DNA of 55,503 bases from an uncultured Gammaproteobacteria bacterium (GCA_964395625.1 CAYNAR010000008.1:1-55503); one strand, 5' to 3'. Positions 36,434-46,634 are shown, counted from the first letter of the stretch. Program-made: numbers and translations. Notes: generated from the letters alone by a model not told the origin.

Positions 36434-37507
36434 ATGGAAAATAAGGTTAAAAAAGTGATTTTGACCGGCGGAGGAACGGCCGGGTCTGTCTCGCCTCTAC
36501 TGGCTATCGCCGATGACTTAAAAAAGTCTGGAGGTTTCGATTTTTTATTCTTAGGAACAGATGATGGAATAGAAAAGGATATGGTCGCCAAAGACGGTTT
36601 ACCGTATCGGGTGATATCGGCCGGTAAGATGCGCCGTTATTTCGATTGGCGTAATTTTTTGGACATTTTTAAAATCAAATTGGCTTTTTGGCAGTCGCTT
36701 TCTATTTTGATCAAGGAAAGGCCGGATATCGTTTTATCGGCCGGGTCTTTTGTGGCCGTGCCGGTGGTCTGGGCGGCTTGGGTTTTGCGCATCCCTTGCT
36801 TGGTTCATCAGATGGATGTGCGTCCAGGCTTGGCCAATAAAGTCATGGCGCCTTTTGCTAGGGTTGTTACGGTGACATTCGAAAAATCTTTAGGCGATTA
36901 TGGCAAGAAGGCGGTGTGGACGGGGAACCCGTCTCGAAACACGAACTACGATCCACGAATTAAGAACAGTATTCTTGAGGATAAATTTAAGTTGAAAAAA
37001 AACATCCCCGTTGTTTTTGTCTTTGGTGGAGGAACCGGAGCGGAGGCCATCAATAAATTGGTCGAAGAAAAGATCGAAGAGCTTTGTTCTTTTTGCCAGA
37101 TTATCCATTCTACCGGCAAGGGTAAAATGACTTCCGCTAAAAACGAAAATTATCATCCGTTCGAATTTTTGAACGTCGAGGAGATGACGGTTGCTTTGGA
37201 GCTTGCCGATATCGTCGTCTCTCGCGCCGGTTTGGGGGCTTTTACCGATTTAATCAAGACGGGAAAAGCAGCGATAGTCGTTCCGATGCCTAATTCTCAT
37301 CAAGAGGATAATGCCGCTTTGTTGTCGGAAAAAGACGCGGCCTTGGTGCTTGATCAAAAAACTCTAACAGCCGATTATTTTTTGACTGCGATTAAAGATC
37401 TGTTGTTCGATGAAGAAAGAAAAGAAGTTTTTAGAAAAAATATTAAGACGGTTTTTAAGGAGGGGGCGAACGAAGAGATGTCCAGGGTCGTCAAATCTCT
37501 CTTTTAA
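36434..37507 (+). CDS. murG: UDP-GlcNAc:lipid I GlcNAc transferase
   Basis: GGGTAGSV, GNP, GGGTGA, SRAG and HQEDNA. Confidence 0.93.
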   Translation: MENKVKKVILTGGGTAGSVSPLLAIADDLKKSGGFDFLFLGTDDGIEKDMVAKDGLPYRVISAGKMRRYFDWRNFLDIFKIKLAFWQSLSILIKERPDIVLSAGSFVAVPVVWAAWVLRIPCLVHQMDVRPGLANKVMAPFARVVTVTFEKSLGDYGKKAVWTGNPSRNTNYDPRIKNSILEDKFKLKKNIPVVFVFGGGTGAEAINKLVEEKIEELCSFCQIIHSTGKGKMTSAKNENYHPFEFLNVEEMTVALELADIVVSRAGLGAFTDLIKTGKAAIVVPMPNSHQEDNAALLSEKDAALVLDQKTLTADYFLTAIKDLLFDEERKEVFRKNIKTVFKEGANEEMSRVVKSLF

Positions 37508-37528
37508 ATTTTTAAATTTAGATTTTTT

Positions 37529-38917
37529 ATGGATCTATCCAAAATCAAAAAGATATACATGATCGGAATCAAGGGGGTTGGCATGACTATGTTGGCGCAA
37601 TTCTTGGTCTCTAAGGGCTACGAGGTTTCCGGTTCCGATGTTCCCGAAGTCTTTATGACCGATCAAGTCTTGAAGAAGTTCGGCATCAGTGTCAATCAGG
37701 GTTTTAGCGCGGACAATGTTCCATCCGACGTCGATCTAATCATATATTCTTCGGCTTATACTCCTTCGACCAACGTCGAGGTGTCCGTTGCCGTCAACGG
37801 CAAAATCAAGGCGTTGACCTATGCCGAGGTTTTGGGCGAGATTTTCAATCAGATGCATGGCATAGCCGTCTGCGGTTCGCATGGCAAGACCACGACGACC
37901 GCCTGGCTTGGCTACGTGATGATGAGGGCCGACCTTGAGCCCAACGTCTTGGTCGGTGCGCGCGTGGAGCAATTCGACGGCGCTGGAACTTACGGCTCTT
38001 CGGATTATTTAGTGATCGAGGCGGACGAGTATCAGAATAAGTTGAAATACTACAATCCGAAGGGGATATTGATGAATAATATCGATCATGACCATCATGA
38101 TTTCTATCCGACCATCGAATCGTATATCTCAGCCTTCGTGGAATTCATGAAGAAAATCCCGAAGAAAGGATTTTTGGTGGCCAATTTCGACGACGAGCAC
38201 ATCGCCTCGACCGCCAACGTGAATTGTCTAGGAAGGATCATCAGCTACGCTTTGGATCGGGAGGATGTCAATTATTTCGCTTATGACATTAGGCAGCAGG
38301 GCCTAAAACAATATTTTAAAGTCAAAATGGACGGCGAGGACGTCGGTGATTTTTCCATCTCGCTTCTGGGGCGCCACAATATCTATAATGCGCTGGCTGT
38401 TATTGCTACCTGTGTCGAACTTGATATCGAATTAAGAGGTCTGCGTACTTATTTGGAGGAATTTACCGGCACTGATCGTCGTTTGCGCACGATGGGAAAA
38501 TTCAACGGCGCGACCATTATCGACGATTATGGTCATCACCCGACGGAGATAAAGACGACCTTAGCCGGTCTGCGCGCGGCATATCCGAAAAACAAGATAA
38601 CCGCCGTATTCCATCCGCATTTGTTTTCTCGCACTAAGGCTTTAGCCGATGATTTTGCCAAAAGTTTTAGCGATGCCGATAAGGTGGTCGTTTTGGATAT
38701 TTATAGTTCGGCTCGCGAAACGAAGGGTGGCATAACGAGCGATGAATTGATAGAAAAGATGAAACAGAACGAGTCTGATAAGGAATTCGTCCATGTCACC
38801 GATTTGAAGGATTGCGAAAATTATTTGCGCGCCAACATTAAACGCGATGAAATAGTCATTCTTATCGGCGCCGGAGATATATTTCGCGTCGGCGAGGCTT
38901 TAATCGCCGATAATTGA
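37529..38917 (+). CDS. murC: UDP-N-acetylmuramate--L-alanine ligase
   Basis: IGIKGVGM, GSHGKTTT, EADEY, NIDHDH and DDYGHHPTEI. Confidence 0.95.
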   Translation: MDLSKIKKIYMIGIKGVGMTMLAQFLVSKGYEVSGSDVPEVFMTDQVLKKFGISVNQGFSADNVPSDVDLIIYSSAYTPSTNVEVSVAVNGKIKALTYAEVLGEIFNQMHGIAVCGSHGKTTTTAWLGYVMMRADLEPNVLVGARVEQFDGAGTYGSSDYLVIEADEYQNKLKYYNPKGILMNNIDHDHHDFYPTIESYISAFVEFMKKIPKKGFLVANFDDEHIASTANVNCLGRIISYALDREDVNYFAYDIRQQGLKQYFKVKMDGEDVGDFSISLLGRHNIYNALAVIATCVELDIELRGLRTYLEEFTGTDRRLRTMGKFNGATIIDDYGHHPTEIKTTLAGLRAAYPKNKITAVFHPHLFSRTKALADDFAKSFSDADKVVVLDIYSSARETKGGITSDELIEKMKQNESDKEFVHVTDLKDCENYLRANIKRDEIVILIGAGDIFRVGEALIADN

Positions 38918-38960
38918 GATTTTTATTGATTTTTGCCCTAAAAATGATAGGATTAATAAT

Positions 38961-39902
38961 ATGATCGACGATAAAATTAAAAAAGACGTGCCTTTGGCTT
39001 CTTTTACCACCTTTAGGATAGGTGGTGTGGCCAGATATTATATCGAGGTAAAGACCAAGTCCGACTTGGAGGGCGCCATCCAGTGGGCCAAGAACAACGA
39101 CCAAAAGATCTATTATTTGGGAGGAGGTTCTAATTTGCTGATTGCCGACGAAGGTCTTCCCGGCTTAGTGATTCGTTTCGCCAATCGAGAGGTCAATAAT
39201 ATGAGTCCGCGTTTCCATTGCGGAGCCGGAGCGCCATTGTCCTATGTCATCACTCAGGCCAGGGCGGCCGGATTATCCGGTCTGGAATGGGCTTTCGGCA
39301 TACCTCTCGCCACTATCGGCGGTTCGATTCGCGGTAATGCCGGCGGATTCGGACAGTCTATGGGCGAAGTCGTGGAAACCGTGGAATATTTCAATGTCGA
39401 TAAAGAGAGGTTTGAATTTTTAAGTCAAAAGGATTGTGGTTTTTCGTATCGCGATAGCATTTTCAAACAGAATCCATCCTTTTTGGTTTGGGCCACGACT
39501 TTGAAGCTGAAGCCGACTCTGGTGGCGGAGATTAGTGCGACGATCGAGAATAATCTGAAAAGTCGCGAGTCCAGTCAGCCGAGACTTCCTAATGCCGGCT
39601 GTGTCTTCAAGAATTTATTTTTGGACGACATAGTTCGCGTCAACCCTTCCCTTGGTGAACAGATAAAAGAACAGGGTAAGGCCAAGAACGGTAAAGTCGG
39701 CGCCGGTTATTTGATCGACATGCGCGGACTCAAGGGAAAAGCTATCGGTGGGGCGAAAATTTCCTTGGAGCATGCCAACTTCATCGTCAATACCGGTCGC
39801 GCCACCGCCAAAGACGTTCTGGATTTGATAGAGTTGATCAAGGGCGAAGTCAAATTAAGATTCAATATAGATTTAGAAGAAGAGATAGTCGTCTTAAAAT
39901 AA
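38961..39902 (+). CDS. murB: UDP-N-acetylenolpyruvoylglucosamine reductase
   Basis: TTFRIGG, GGGSNLL, GNAGG, NAGCVFKN and HANFIVN. Confidence 0.95.
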   Translation: MIDDKIKKDVPLASFTTFRIGGVARYYIEVKTKSDLEGAIQWAKNNDQKIYYLGGGSNLLIADEGLPGLVIRFANREVNNMSPRFHCGAGAPLSYVITQARAAGLSGLEWAFGIPLATIGGSIRGNAGGFGQSMGEVVETVEYFNVDKERFEFLSQKDCGFSYRDSIFKQNPSFLVWATTLKLKPTLVAEISATIENNLKSRESSQPRLPNAGCVFKNLFLDDIVRVNPSLGEQIKEQGKAKNGKVGAGYLIDMRGLKGKAIGGAKISLEHANFIVNTGRATAKDVLDLIELIKGEVKLRFNIDLEEEIVVLK

Positions 39903-39912
39903 AGATAAAACA

Positions 39913-41403
39913 ATGCAAATCCCGCAATATCTAGAGAATATAATAAAGAAGTTGGAAGAGAATGGACACGAGGCCTGGATCGTCGGCGGCTGCGTCCGTG
40001 ATTTGTTAATGGATAAAGTGCCGAACGATTGGGATGTGACGACCGACGCTTTGCCGGAGGAGATGCTCAAGATCTTTCCGGAAGCTCATTACGAGAACGA
40101 TTTCGGTACGGTGATCTTGCCGATCAAGAACGAGCAAGGCGAGGTTTTGGACGCGATAGAGATTACGACTTATCGTAGCGAGCAGGGCTATTCCGATCGT
40201 CGTCGTCCGGACGAAGTCAGATTCGAGAAGGATGTCGATGCCGATTTGGCGCGTCGCGATTTCACTATCAACGCTTTGGCGATGAGAAAAGTCGGTAGTA
40301 AAAAAGAGGTGAGCGACGATTTGAAAAAGTTCGTCGTCGTCAAGGATGGTTATGAGATAATCGACCTTTTCGGCGGAGTCAAAGATATAGAAAAAAGAAT
40401 CATCCGCGCCGTCGGTGAGCCGATGGACAGATTTAAAGAGGACTCTTTGCGCATGATGCGCGCCATTCGTTTTTCGGCGCAACTCGGCTTCAGTATAGAG
40501 GAGAAGACGGAGCGTTCCATCGTGAAGATGGCCGGCGCTTTGAAATTCATAGCGCGCGAGCGCGTGGCCGTCGAACTCATTAAGACTTTGAAATCAGATC
40601 GTCCGTACGAAGGCGTGATGGCCTTGCACGATACGAAGCTCTTGCAATATATCGTTCCGGAATTGGAACAAGGCGTGGGCATAGAGCAGAGCCGTCATCA
40701 CATATACACCGTCTTCGAACACGACGTCTTGGCTTTGAAGAATTGTCCGTCTAAGGAGTGGCAGGTGCGTTTCGCCGCTTTGATCCACGATATCGGCAAG
40801 CCGAAGACACGCAAAGTCATCGACGGTATCTGGACTTTCTACAATCATGAATATGTCGGCGCCAAGCTCGCGGTTAAGATTTGTAAGAATTTGAAGTTCT
40901 CCGCCGACGATACTTTCAGGATATCCAACTTGGTGCGCAATCACATGTTCTATTATAACGTCGACGAAGTGACGGCCGCTTCGGTGCGCCGTCTGATCAA
41001 GAAGGTCGGTCGCGAGAATTTGAAGGACTTGATCGATTTGCGTATCGCCGATCGCTTGGGTAGTGGTACTAAGAAGGCCGAACCTTATAAATTGCGCCAT
41101 TTGCAGTATATGTTCGAGCGCGTACAGAACGATCCGGTCTCGGTGAAGATGCTTAAGATAAACGGCACCGATTTGATGGATATATTGAAGATAGAGCCGT
41201 CTCCTAAAATCGGCGAGATATTGGATGTGCTTTTGAGCGAGGTGATCGAGGACCCTGAATTGAATACGAAAGAATATCTTGCCAAGCGCGCCGTCGAGCT
41301 GAACGAGATGGATGCTAAGGAGTTGCGTGCTCGCGCCAAAGAGGTTATCGAAGAGAAGCGCGAGGAGGATAATCGAGAGATGAAGAGGGGGTTTAAAGTG
41401 TAG
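39913..41403 (+). CDS. cca: CCA tRNA nucleotidyltransferase with HD domain
   Basis: VGGCVRD..DWDVTT, RRDFTINA, EDSLRMMR, ERV and IHDIGKP. Confidence 0.88.
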   Translation: MQIPQYLENIIKKLEENGHEAWIVGGCVRDLLMDKVPNDWDVTTDALPEEMLKIFPEAHYENDFGTVILPIKNEQGEVLDAIEITTYRSEQGYSDRRRPDEVRFEKDVDADLARRDFTINALAMRKVGSKKEVSDDLKKFVVVKDGYEIIDLFGGVKDIEKRIIRAVGEPMDRFKEDSLRMMRAIRFSAQLGFSIEEKTERSIVKMAGALKFIARERVAVELIKTLKSDRPYEGVMALHDTKLLQYIVPELEQGVGIEQSRHHIYTVFEHDVLALKNCPSKEWQVRFAALIHDIGKPKTRKVIDGIWTFYNHEYVGAKLAVKICKNLKFSADDTFRISNLVRNHMFYYNVDEVTAASVRRLIKKVGRENLKDLIDLRIADRLGSGTKKAEPYKLRHLQYMFERVQNDPVSVKMLKINGTDLMDILKIEPSPKIGEILDVLLSEVIEDPELNTKEYLAKRAVELNEMDAKELRARAKEVIEEKREEDNREMKRGFKV

Positions 41404-41417
41404 AGTATGATTTTTTT

Positions 41418-41876
41418 ATGAATTTTCCCTATACGGTTAACTTGAGCTATATTTTCAATGATCGTGGCGAAGTTCTTTTACAGAAGAAGGCGCGCGGTTT
41501 TGGTAAAGGCAAGTGGAACGGGCCGGGCGGTAAATTGCAGGTCGGTGAAACGATAGAGGAGGCGGCCAAACGCGAGATATTAGAGGAAACGGAAATTGTC
41601 GTCGAGGAGATGGAAAAAAGCGGCGAGATAGAATTTATTTTTCACGATCAGAGTTCTAATATGTTGACTCACGTTTTTGTGGTTAAGAGGTGGCATGGCG
41701 GAGTACGTGACACTGGCGAGGGCGAACTGGCGTGGTTTAAGATCGATGAATTGCCGTTCGATGAGATGTGGGGCGATGATCCGTATTGGTTGCCGAATGT
41801 TCTACATGGTGGTAGCGTCCGTATGCGTTTTTATTTCGACATTGACAACAAGATGATAAAATTCGAAGATATATAG
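41418..41876 (+). CDS. NUDIX hydrolase, MTH1/MutT-like
   Basis: KKARGFGKGKWNGPGGK..ETIEEAAKREILEET and PFDEMWGDD. Confidence 0.88.
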   Translation: MNFPYTVNLSYIFNDRGEVLLQKKARGFGKGKWNGPGGKLQVGETIEEAAKREILEETEIVVEEMEKSGEIEFIFHDQSSNMLTHVFVVKRWHGGVRDTGEGELAWFKIDELPFDEMWGDDPYWLPNVLHGGSVRMRFYFDIDNKMIKFEDI

Positions 41877-41899
41877 CACCTTTAGCAGGAGGGATTGAT

Positions 41900-42589
41900 A
41901 TGGATAATGTTCTTTACAGTACCGATCCGATAGTCAGGGATAGGTTGCGTATTATAATCGCCAGCGAAAAAGTTCCTTGTATAAAAAATTTAGTAGTCGT
42001 CAATCCGGCTTTTGATTTACCAAGCTCGATAATATTCAACGCTCTTTATTGGGATGAGAATAATGGATGTTTCAAAGATGTTTTTACCGAGATTAGTAGG
42101 CGTCGAATCGGCTTTTCGCCGATCAGAGACGCTTTTTCCGTGGTAAAAGGTATTAGAGGCATGCCGTCTTTGGAGTTTTATATGACAGCCGATGGCATCG
42201 TCTTCGGTTTGACCTATGATTTTCCGGTTTGCGCGCTTCCTTACGATTTATTCTTTTATTATCACAAGGATAGAAAGTTGGTTTTTTTGAGGGCGTTAAA
42301 AGAGATGATCTTCAGCGTCCATACTCGTGGCTTCCTTTTGCCGACTAATTGGCGATCCGAAGACGGCTTGCTCTATGCCGACAGGGAAGGTCTGCCGATT
42401 TTCATCACGTATAATGGAGTGAGGTCGTGCGATAGTAAGGAAAAGTTGTCTTTCGGTTTTCTTCAGGATTGGCAAGCTTTAAGGGTTTTGATTGATCAGT
42501 CGGAAAAAGGATGTGAACAGCATGAGCAAGATAGTTTCTGCGAGTTGAGGGATGATATCGATGGCATTATCGGCAAGCTTAAGAAGTAG
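41900..42589 (+). CDS. Hypothetical protein (possibly a degenerate protein-kinase-like fold)
   Basis: 229-aa ORF with an AGGAGG SD upstream. The resemblance to a kinase C-lobe is weak and rests on motif spacing only. Confidence 0.6.
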   Translation: MDNVLYSTDPIVRDRLRIIIASEKVPCIKNLVVVNPAFDLPSSIIFNALYWDENNGCFKDVFTEISRRRIGFSPIRDAFSVVKGIRGMPSLEFYMTADGIVFGLTYDFPVCALPYDLFFYYHKDRKLVFLRALKEMIFSVHTRGFLLPTNWRSEDGLLYADREGLPIFITYNGVRSCDSKEKLSFGFLQDWQALRVLIDQSEKGCEQHEQDSFCELRDDIDGIIGKLKK

Positions 42590-42600
42590 ATGGTATTAGG

Positions 42601-42627
42601 CCGTTGCTTTATTGGCAACGGTTTTTT
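42601..42627 (+). terminator. Intrinsic terminator
   Basis: CCGTTGC / GCAACGG stem followed by a T tract. Confidence 0.65.
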
Positions 42628-42705
42628 ATTTGACAAATATTGGTATTAGATGGTAATTTTTATGGAAGTTCATTTTTATATTTTGTCAAACCAAAAGGAG
42701 TTCGC

Positions 42706-43326
42706 ATGCCTAGTTCTTTGTCAATTAAAAATCCGCCTTTTTATGATTTGTTTTTTGCTCGACTAGCCATCGAGATGTCCCCAAGCGATTTGGAGATGAT
42801 AGGATTCGCTTATTTTTCTTCTAAGTATGGACATGGTAACGAGGTGCGTGATGGTGGTGGTCGATATTTCGATCATCCCAAGGCCGTGGCCTGGATATGT
42901 ATCGATGAATTCGAAGTCATTAGTGTGCGCGTTATTATCAATGCATTGTTGCATGATATTTTGGAGAATACGTATCTGCTTTCCTCCTATCGCATCGCCT
43001 TGAATTTTGGTAAAGAGATGGCCCTGGATTTACGCGCCCTCACTAAATTATCGAAAGGTAAAGAGACGACAGAGGAGTATCTTTATAGAGTCATCGAGCG
43101 CGGAGCCGAGGTTATTTTCGTGAAGCTTTGCGACCGACTTCATAATCTTCGAACGCTTGGCTCTTGCAAGCCGGAAAAGATCGAAAGGCAGATGCTCGAA
43201 ACTAGAGAAAAGCACATCCCGATACTTATTCCTGCATTGCGAGGGTGCGGTGGTGGCTGGGTAAAGATAGCCGACAGTGTTGAGAAGAAGATAGATGAAG
43301 CGATGTCTGGGCTGAATGTCGAGTGA
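42706..43326 (+). CDS. HD-domain protein, small alarmone hydrolase/Mesh1-like
   Basis: R..G.RYFDHPKAVA, ALLHDILENT and VKLCDRLHNLR. An AAGGAG SD precedes ATG 42706. Confidence 0.8.
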   Translation: MPSSLSIKNPPFYDLFFARLAIEMSPSDLEMIGFAYFSSKYGHGNEVRDGGGRYFDHPKAVAWICIDEFEVISVRVIINALLHDILENTYLLSSYRIALNFGKEMALDLRALTKLSKGKETTEEYLYRVIERGAEVIFVKLCDRLHNLRTLGSCKPEKIERQMLETREKHIPILIPALRGCGGGWVKIADSVEKKIDEAMSGLNVE

Positions 43327-43387
43327 TCGTTTTTAATTTTTGGCCGTTTTTAGGGAAAAAACGGTCTTTTTTATTAAGCCTTTTTTC

Positions 43388-43416
43388 TTGACTTTGGCCT
43401 ATTTTTGCTGTAAAAT
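43388..43416 (+). promoter_or_regulatory. Putative sigma70 promoter for hpf
   Basis: TTGACT-N17-TAAAAT. Confidence 0.65.
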
Positions 43417-43495
43417 TATAAAGAAATGAGTTAATCTACTAATTGTATCCAGTCCGCGAAAAGATTTGTTTTTGCGGCATTGGAACGACAAAAAT

Positions 43496-43804
43496 ATGCA
43501 AATCCAAATCAAATCTACCAAATTGGAAATGACCGAGGCTATCAATGATTATATACAAAAGAAAGTAGACATGCTCGAGAAGGTTTTGGGAAGTTTTTCG
43601 GTGCTCTCTTGCCATTTCGAAATCGAGAAAGTCTCTCATTCGCATTCCGGCGAGATCTTTCGCGCCGAGATCAACTTGAATCTTAATGGCGAATTATTGC
43701 GTGTCGAGAAGACTGAGGAGGATATGTACAGGGCCATAGACAACGTCAAAGACCACATGGAGCAAGTGATAATTAAATTCAAGGATAAGAAAAGAGAAAA
43801 CTAA
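43496..43804 (+). CDS. hpf: Ribosome hibernation factor (short HPF/RaiA)
   Basis: MQIQIKSTKLEMTEAINDYIQKKV..AEINL..EEDMYRAID. The start is placed at ATG 43496. Confidence 0.88.
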   Translation: MQIQIKSTKLEMTEAINDYIQKKVDMLEKVLGSFSVLSCHFEIEKVSHSHSGEIFRAEINLNLNGELLRVEKTEEDMYRAIDNVKDHMEQVIIKFKDKKREN

Positions 43805-43821
43805 TACTCTCGCCGCGAGCG

Positions 43822-43859
43822 TGATAAAGCAATCTGTCTAGGATTGCTTTATCATTTTT
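43822..43859 (+). terminator. Intrinsic terminator between hpf and secA
   Basis: Perfect 13-bp stem TGATAAAGCAATC / GATTGCTTTATCA followed by TTTTT. Confidence 0.75.
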
Positions 43860-43879
43860 ATCTCTCGAGGCAATATTAT

Positions 43880-46633
43880 ATGTCCATATTAACAAAAATT
43901 TTCGGTGATCCGAATGAAAAGATAGTCAATGGTATCAAGCCGACTATAGAAAAGATAAATTCCTTGGAGGATAGCGTATTGAAGCTTTCCGACGAGGAAT
44001 TGAAGAATAAGACTTCCGAGTTCAAAGCGCGTTTAGGCGACTGCTCGTCTTTGGATAGAGCCGCTATCGACGCTAAATTGGAGGAGATTTTGCCGGAGGC
44101 TTTCGCCGTTATTCGCGAGGCTTCCAGAAGAAAGACCGGTCAGCGTCACTTCGACGTCCAGTTGATCGGCGGTGTCATTCTGAATCGCGGTCAGATCTCA
44201 GAAATGAGGACCGGTGAAGGTAAGACCTTGGTCGCTACCGCGCCTTTGTATTTGAACGCCTTGACCGGACGCAACGTGCAATTGGTCACCGTCAACGACT
44301 ATCTTTCCAAAGTCGGTGCCGGTTGGAACGCTCCGATTTTCGCCTCTTTGGGATTATCCACCGGAATCATCGTCAATTATGCCCAGTTCGTCTACGACCC
44401 GGAATATATCGACGAATCGCAGTTCGATGAGCGCTTGAAGCATTTGCGTCCTTGCACTCGCCAAGAGGCCTACGCTTGCGACATCCTCTACGGCACCAAT
44501 AACGAGTTCGGTTTCGATTATTTGCGTGATAATATGGTTCCGACTTTGAAGGATAAGGTTCAGAGAGGTTTTTTCTACGCCATCATTGATGAGGTCGATT
44601 CCATTTTGATCGACGAGGCTCGCACTCCGCTCATCATCAGCGGACAGGCGGAAGAGTCCACTGACAAGTATATGAAATTCGCCGAGCTGGTCAGGCGTCT
44701 CAATGAGAACGAGGACTACAATGTCGACGAGAAGATGCGCGCCGCCACTTTGACCGAGGCCGGCTTGCAGAAGATGGAAGATTGGCTCGGTCTTGGCAAC
44801 ATCTATGTCGAAAAGGGTATTAGCGAAGTGCATCATATCGAGCAGGCTTTGCGCGCGCAGGTTCTCTTCAAGGAAGGAAAGGATTACGTCAATAAAGAAG
44901 GCGAAATCGTCATCGTCGATGAGTTCACCGGTCGTCTGATGCCGGGTCGTCGTTACAGCGAAGGCTTGCATCAAGCTATCGAAGCCAAAGAGGGTGTGAA
45001 GGTTCAACGCGAATCGCAGACTTTGGCGACCGTCACTTTCCAGAATTATTTCAGGATGTATCAGAAGCTCGCTGGCATGACCGGCACCGCCGCGACCGAG
45101 GCCGAGGAGTTCGCTAAGATCTACAAATTGGAAGTTGTCTCTATCCCGACGAATCGTCCGATGGTCAGAAAGGACAAGAACGACTTGATATATTCCACCG
45201 AGATGGGTAAGTTCCGTGCCGTCATCGCCGACGTCAAGAAGCGCCACGAGACCGGACAACCGGTTTTGATCGGTACTATCTCCATTCAGAAGAATGAGAT
45301 TTTGGCCGAGATGATGAAGAGAGAGGGTTTGGAGCCGGCCATGCTCAACGCCAAGAATCATGAAAAGGAAGCTCGTATAATATCGCAAGCCGGTAAGTTC
45401 GGCGCTATAACGGTGGCCACTAACATGGCCGGTCGGGGAGTCGATATTATTTTAGGCGGTCAGTTGGAAAAGGATGCCACTCCGGAGGAAGTAGCCGCTT
45501 GGAAAGAGGAGAATGAGAAGGTTAAAGCTTTGGGCGGACTCTATGTTATCGGCACGGAGCGTCACGAGTCCCGTCGCATCGACAACCAGCTCAGAGGACG
45601 CGCCGGACGCCAAGGCGATCAGGGCGAGTCCCGTTTCTATGTCTCTTGCGAGGATGATTTGATGCGCATATTCGGCGGTGATCGTTTGAAAGGAATGATG
45701 AAGACTTTGAAATTCCCCGAGGATGAACCGATAGAGAACGGATTGATTACCAAATCTATCGAAACTGCGCAGAAGAAGGTCGAGGCCAATAACTTCGACG
45801 CCAGAAAACATTTGCTCGAATACGACGACGTCATCAATAAACATCGCGAAGCTATCTATCGCAAGCGCGATGAGATTTTGGCTAAGGCCGACGAGGGTCA
45901 GCCGGAAAGCTTGAAGGACATAATAATCAAGCAAGTCGAGGAAGAATTGGAACAGGTCGTCTCTTTCCATACCGCCGCCGAGGATGTCAAAGATTGGAAT
46001 TTGCAGGAGATATACGAGGTCGTTAATACGATTTTCCCGGTAGAGGCACCGCTCAAGGACGCTTTGGCCGGATTAGCCGACGAGACCAAGAAACTGCAAG
46101 CCGCCATTGTGCGCACTAAGATAATCGAACACCTTGTCGGTCTATCGAAGGAAGCTTATGCGCGCATGGCCGAGAAGTATCTTCAGGCCGGTTTGGATTG
46201 GCGCGATATAGAGAGGAATGTCCTCTTGCGTTCCATAGACACTCTTTGGGTCGAGCACATCGATGCCATGGATTATATGCGCAAGGGGATCGGTTGGCAG
46301 GGTTACGGTCAGCGCGATCCTTTGATTGAATACAAGAAGGAAGCTTTCCGTATGTTCTCCGAATTGAACAATCTCATACAGAAAGAGGTCGTCTACGGCA
46401 TCTTTAAATTCGGCGCCGTTCAGGATTTGGCCGCTACTTTTATCGCCCCGTCCTTGGCCGCTCGCGCCCGTCAGTTCTCCGCTCCGTCCAAGACGGCGGA
46501 GGAGTCTTCGGCCAATCTCAAGGTCGACGCTGTGCATGTCCATGCTCACGACGATGATGGTAATAAGGTCGGACGCAACGATGTTTGCCCATGCGGAAGC
46601 GGAAAGAAATATAAGAAGTGCTGCGGTAAATAA
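43880..46633 (+). CDS. secA: Preprotein translocase subunit SecA
   Basis: MRTGEGKT, DEVDSILIDEARTPLIISG, ATNMAGRG, RIDNQLRGRAGRQGD and a C-terminal SEC-C motif (CPCGSGKKYKKCC). Confidence 0.98.
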   Translation: MSILTKIFGDPNEKIVNGIKPTIEKINSLEDSVLKLSDEELKNKTSEFKARLGDCSSLDRAAIDAKLEEILPEAFAVIREASRRKTGQRHFDVQLIGGVILNRGQISEMRTGEGKTLVATAPLYLNALTGRNVQLVTVNDYLSKVGAGWNAPIFASLGLSTGIIVNYAQFVYDPEYIDESQFDERLKHLRPCTRQEAYACDILYGTNNEFGFDYLRDNMVPTLKDKVQRGFFYAIIDEVDSILIDEARTPLIISGQAEESTDKYMKFAELVRRLNENEDYNVDEKMRAATLTEAGLQKMEDWLGLGNIYVEKGISEVHHIEQALRAQVLFKEGKDYVNKEGEIVIVDEFTGRLMPGRRYSEGLHQAIEAKEGVKVQRESQTLATVTFQNYFRMYQKLAGMTGTAATEAEEFAKIYKLEVVSIPTNRPMVRKDKNDLIYSTEMGKFRAVIADVKKRHETGQPVLIGTISIQKNEILAEMMKREGLEPAMLNAKNHEKEARIISQAGKFGAITVATNMAGRGVDIILGGQLEKDATPEEVAAWKEENEKVKALGGLYVIGTERHESRRIDNQLRGRAGRQGDQGESRFYVSCEDDLMRIFGGDRLKGMMKTLKFPEDEPIENGLITKSIETAQKKVEANNFDARKHLLEYDDVINKHREAIYRKRDEILAKADEGQPESLKDIIIKQVEEELEQVVSFHTAAEDVKDWNLQEIYEVVNTIFPVEAPLKDALAGLADETKKLQAAIVRTKIIEHLVGLSKEAYARMAEKYLQAGLDWRDIERNVLLRSIDTLWVEHIDAMDYMRKGIGWQGYGQRDPLIEYKKEAFRMFSELNNLIQKEVVYGIFKFGAVQDLAATFIAPSLAARARQFSAPSKTAEESSANLKVDAVHVHAHDDDGNKVGRNDVCPCGSGKKYKKCCGK

Positions 46634-46634
46634 A

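Noticed and set aside
44354-45388. 344-aa minus-strand ORF
   Set aside because: Lies entirely antisense to secA and has no recognisable motifs; a shadow ORF caused by host codon bias.
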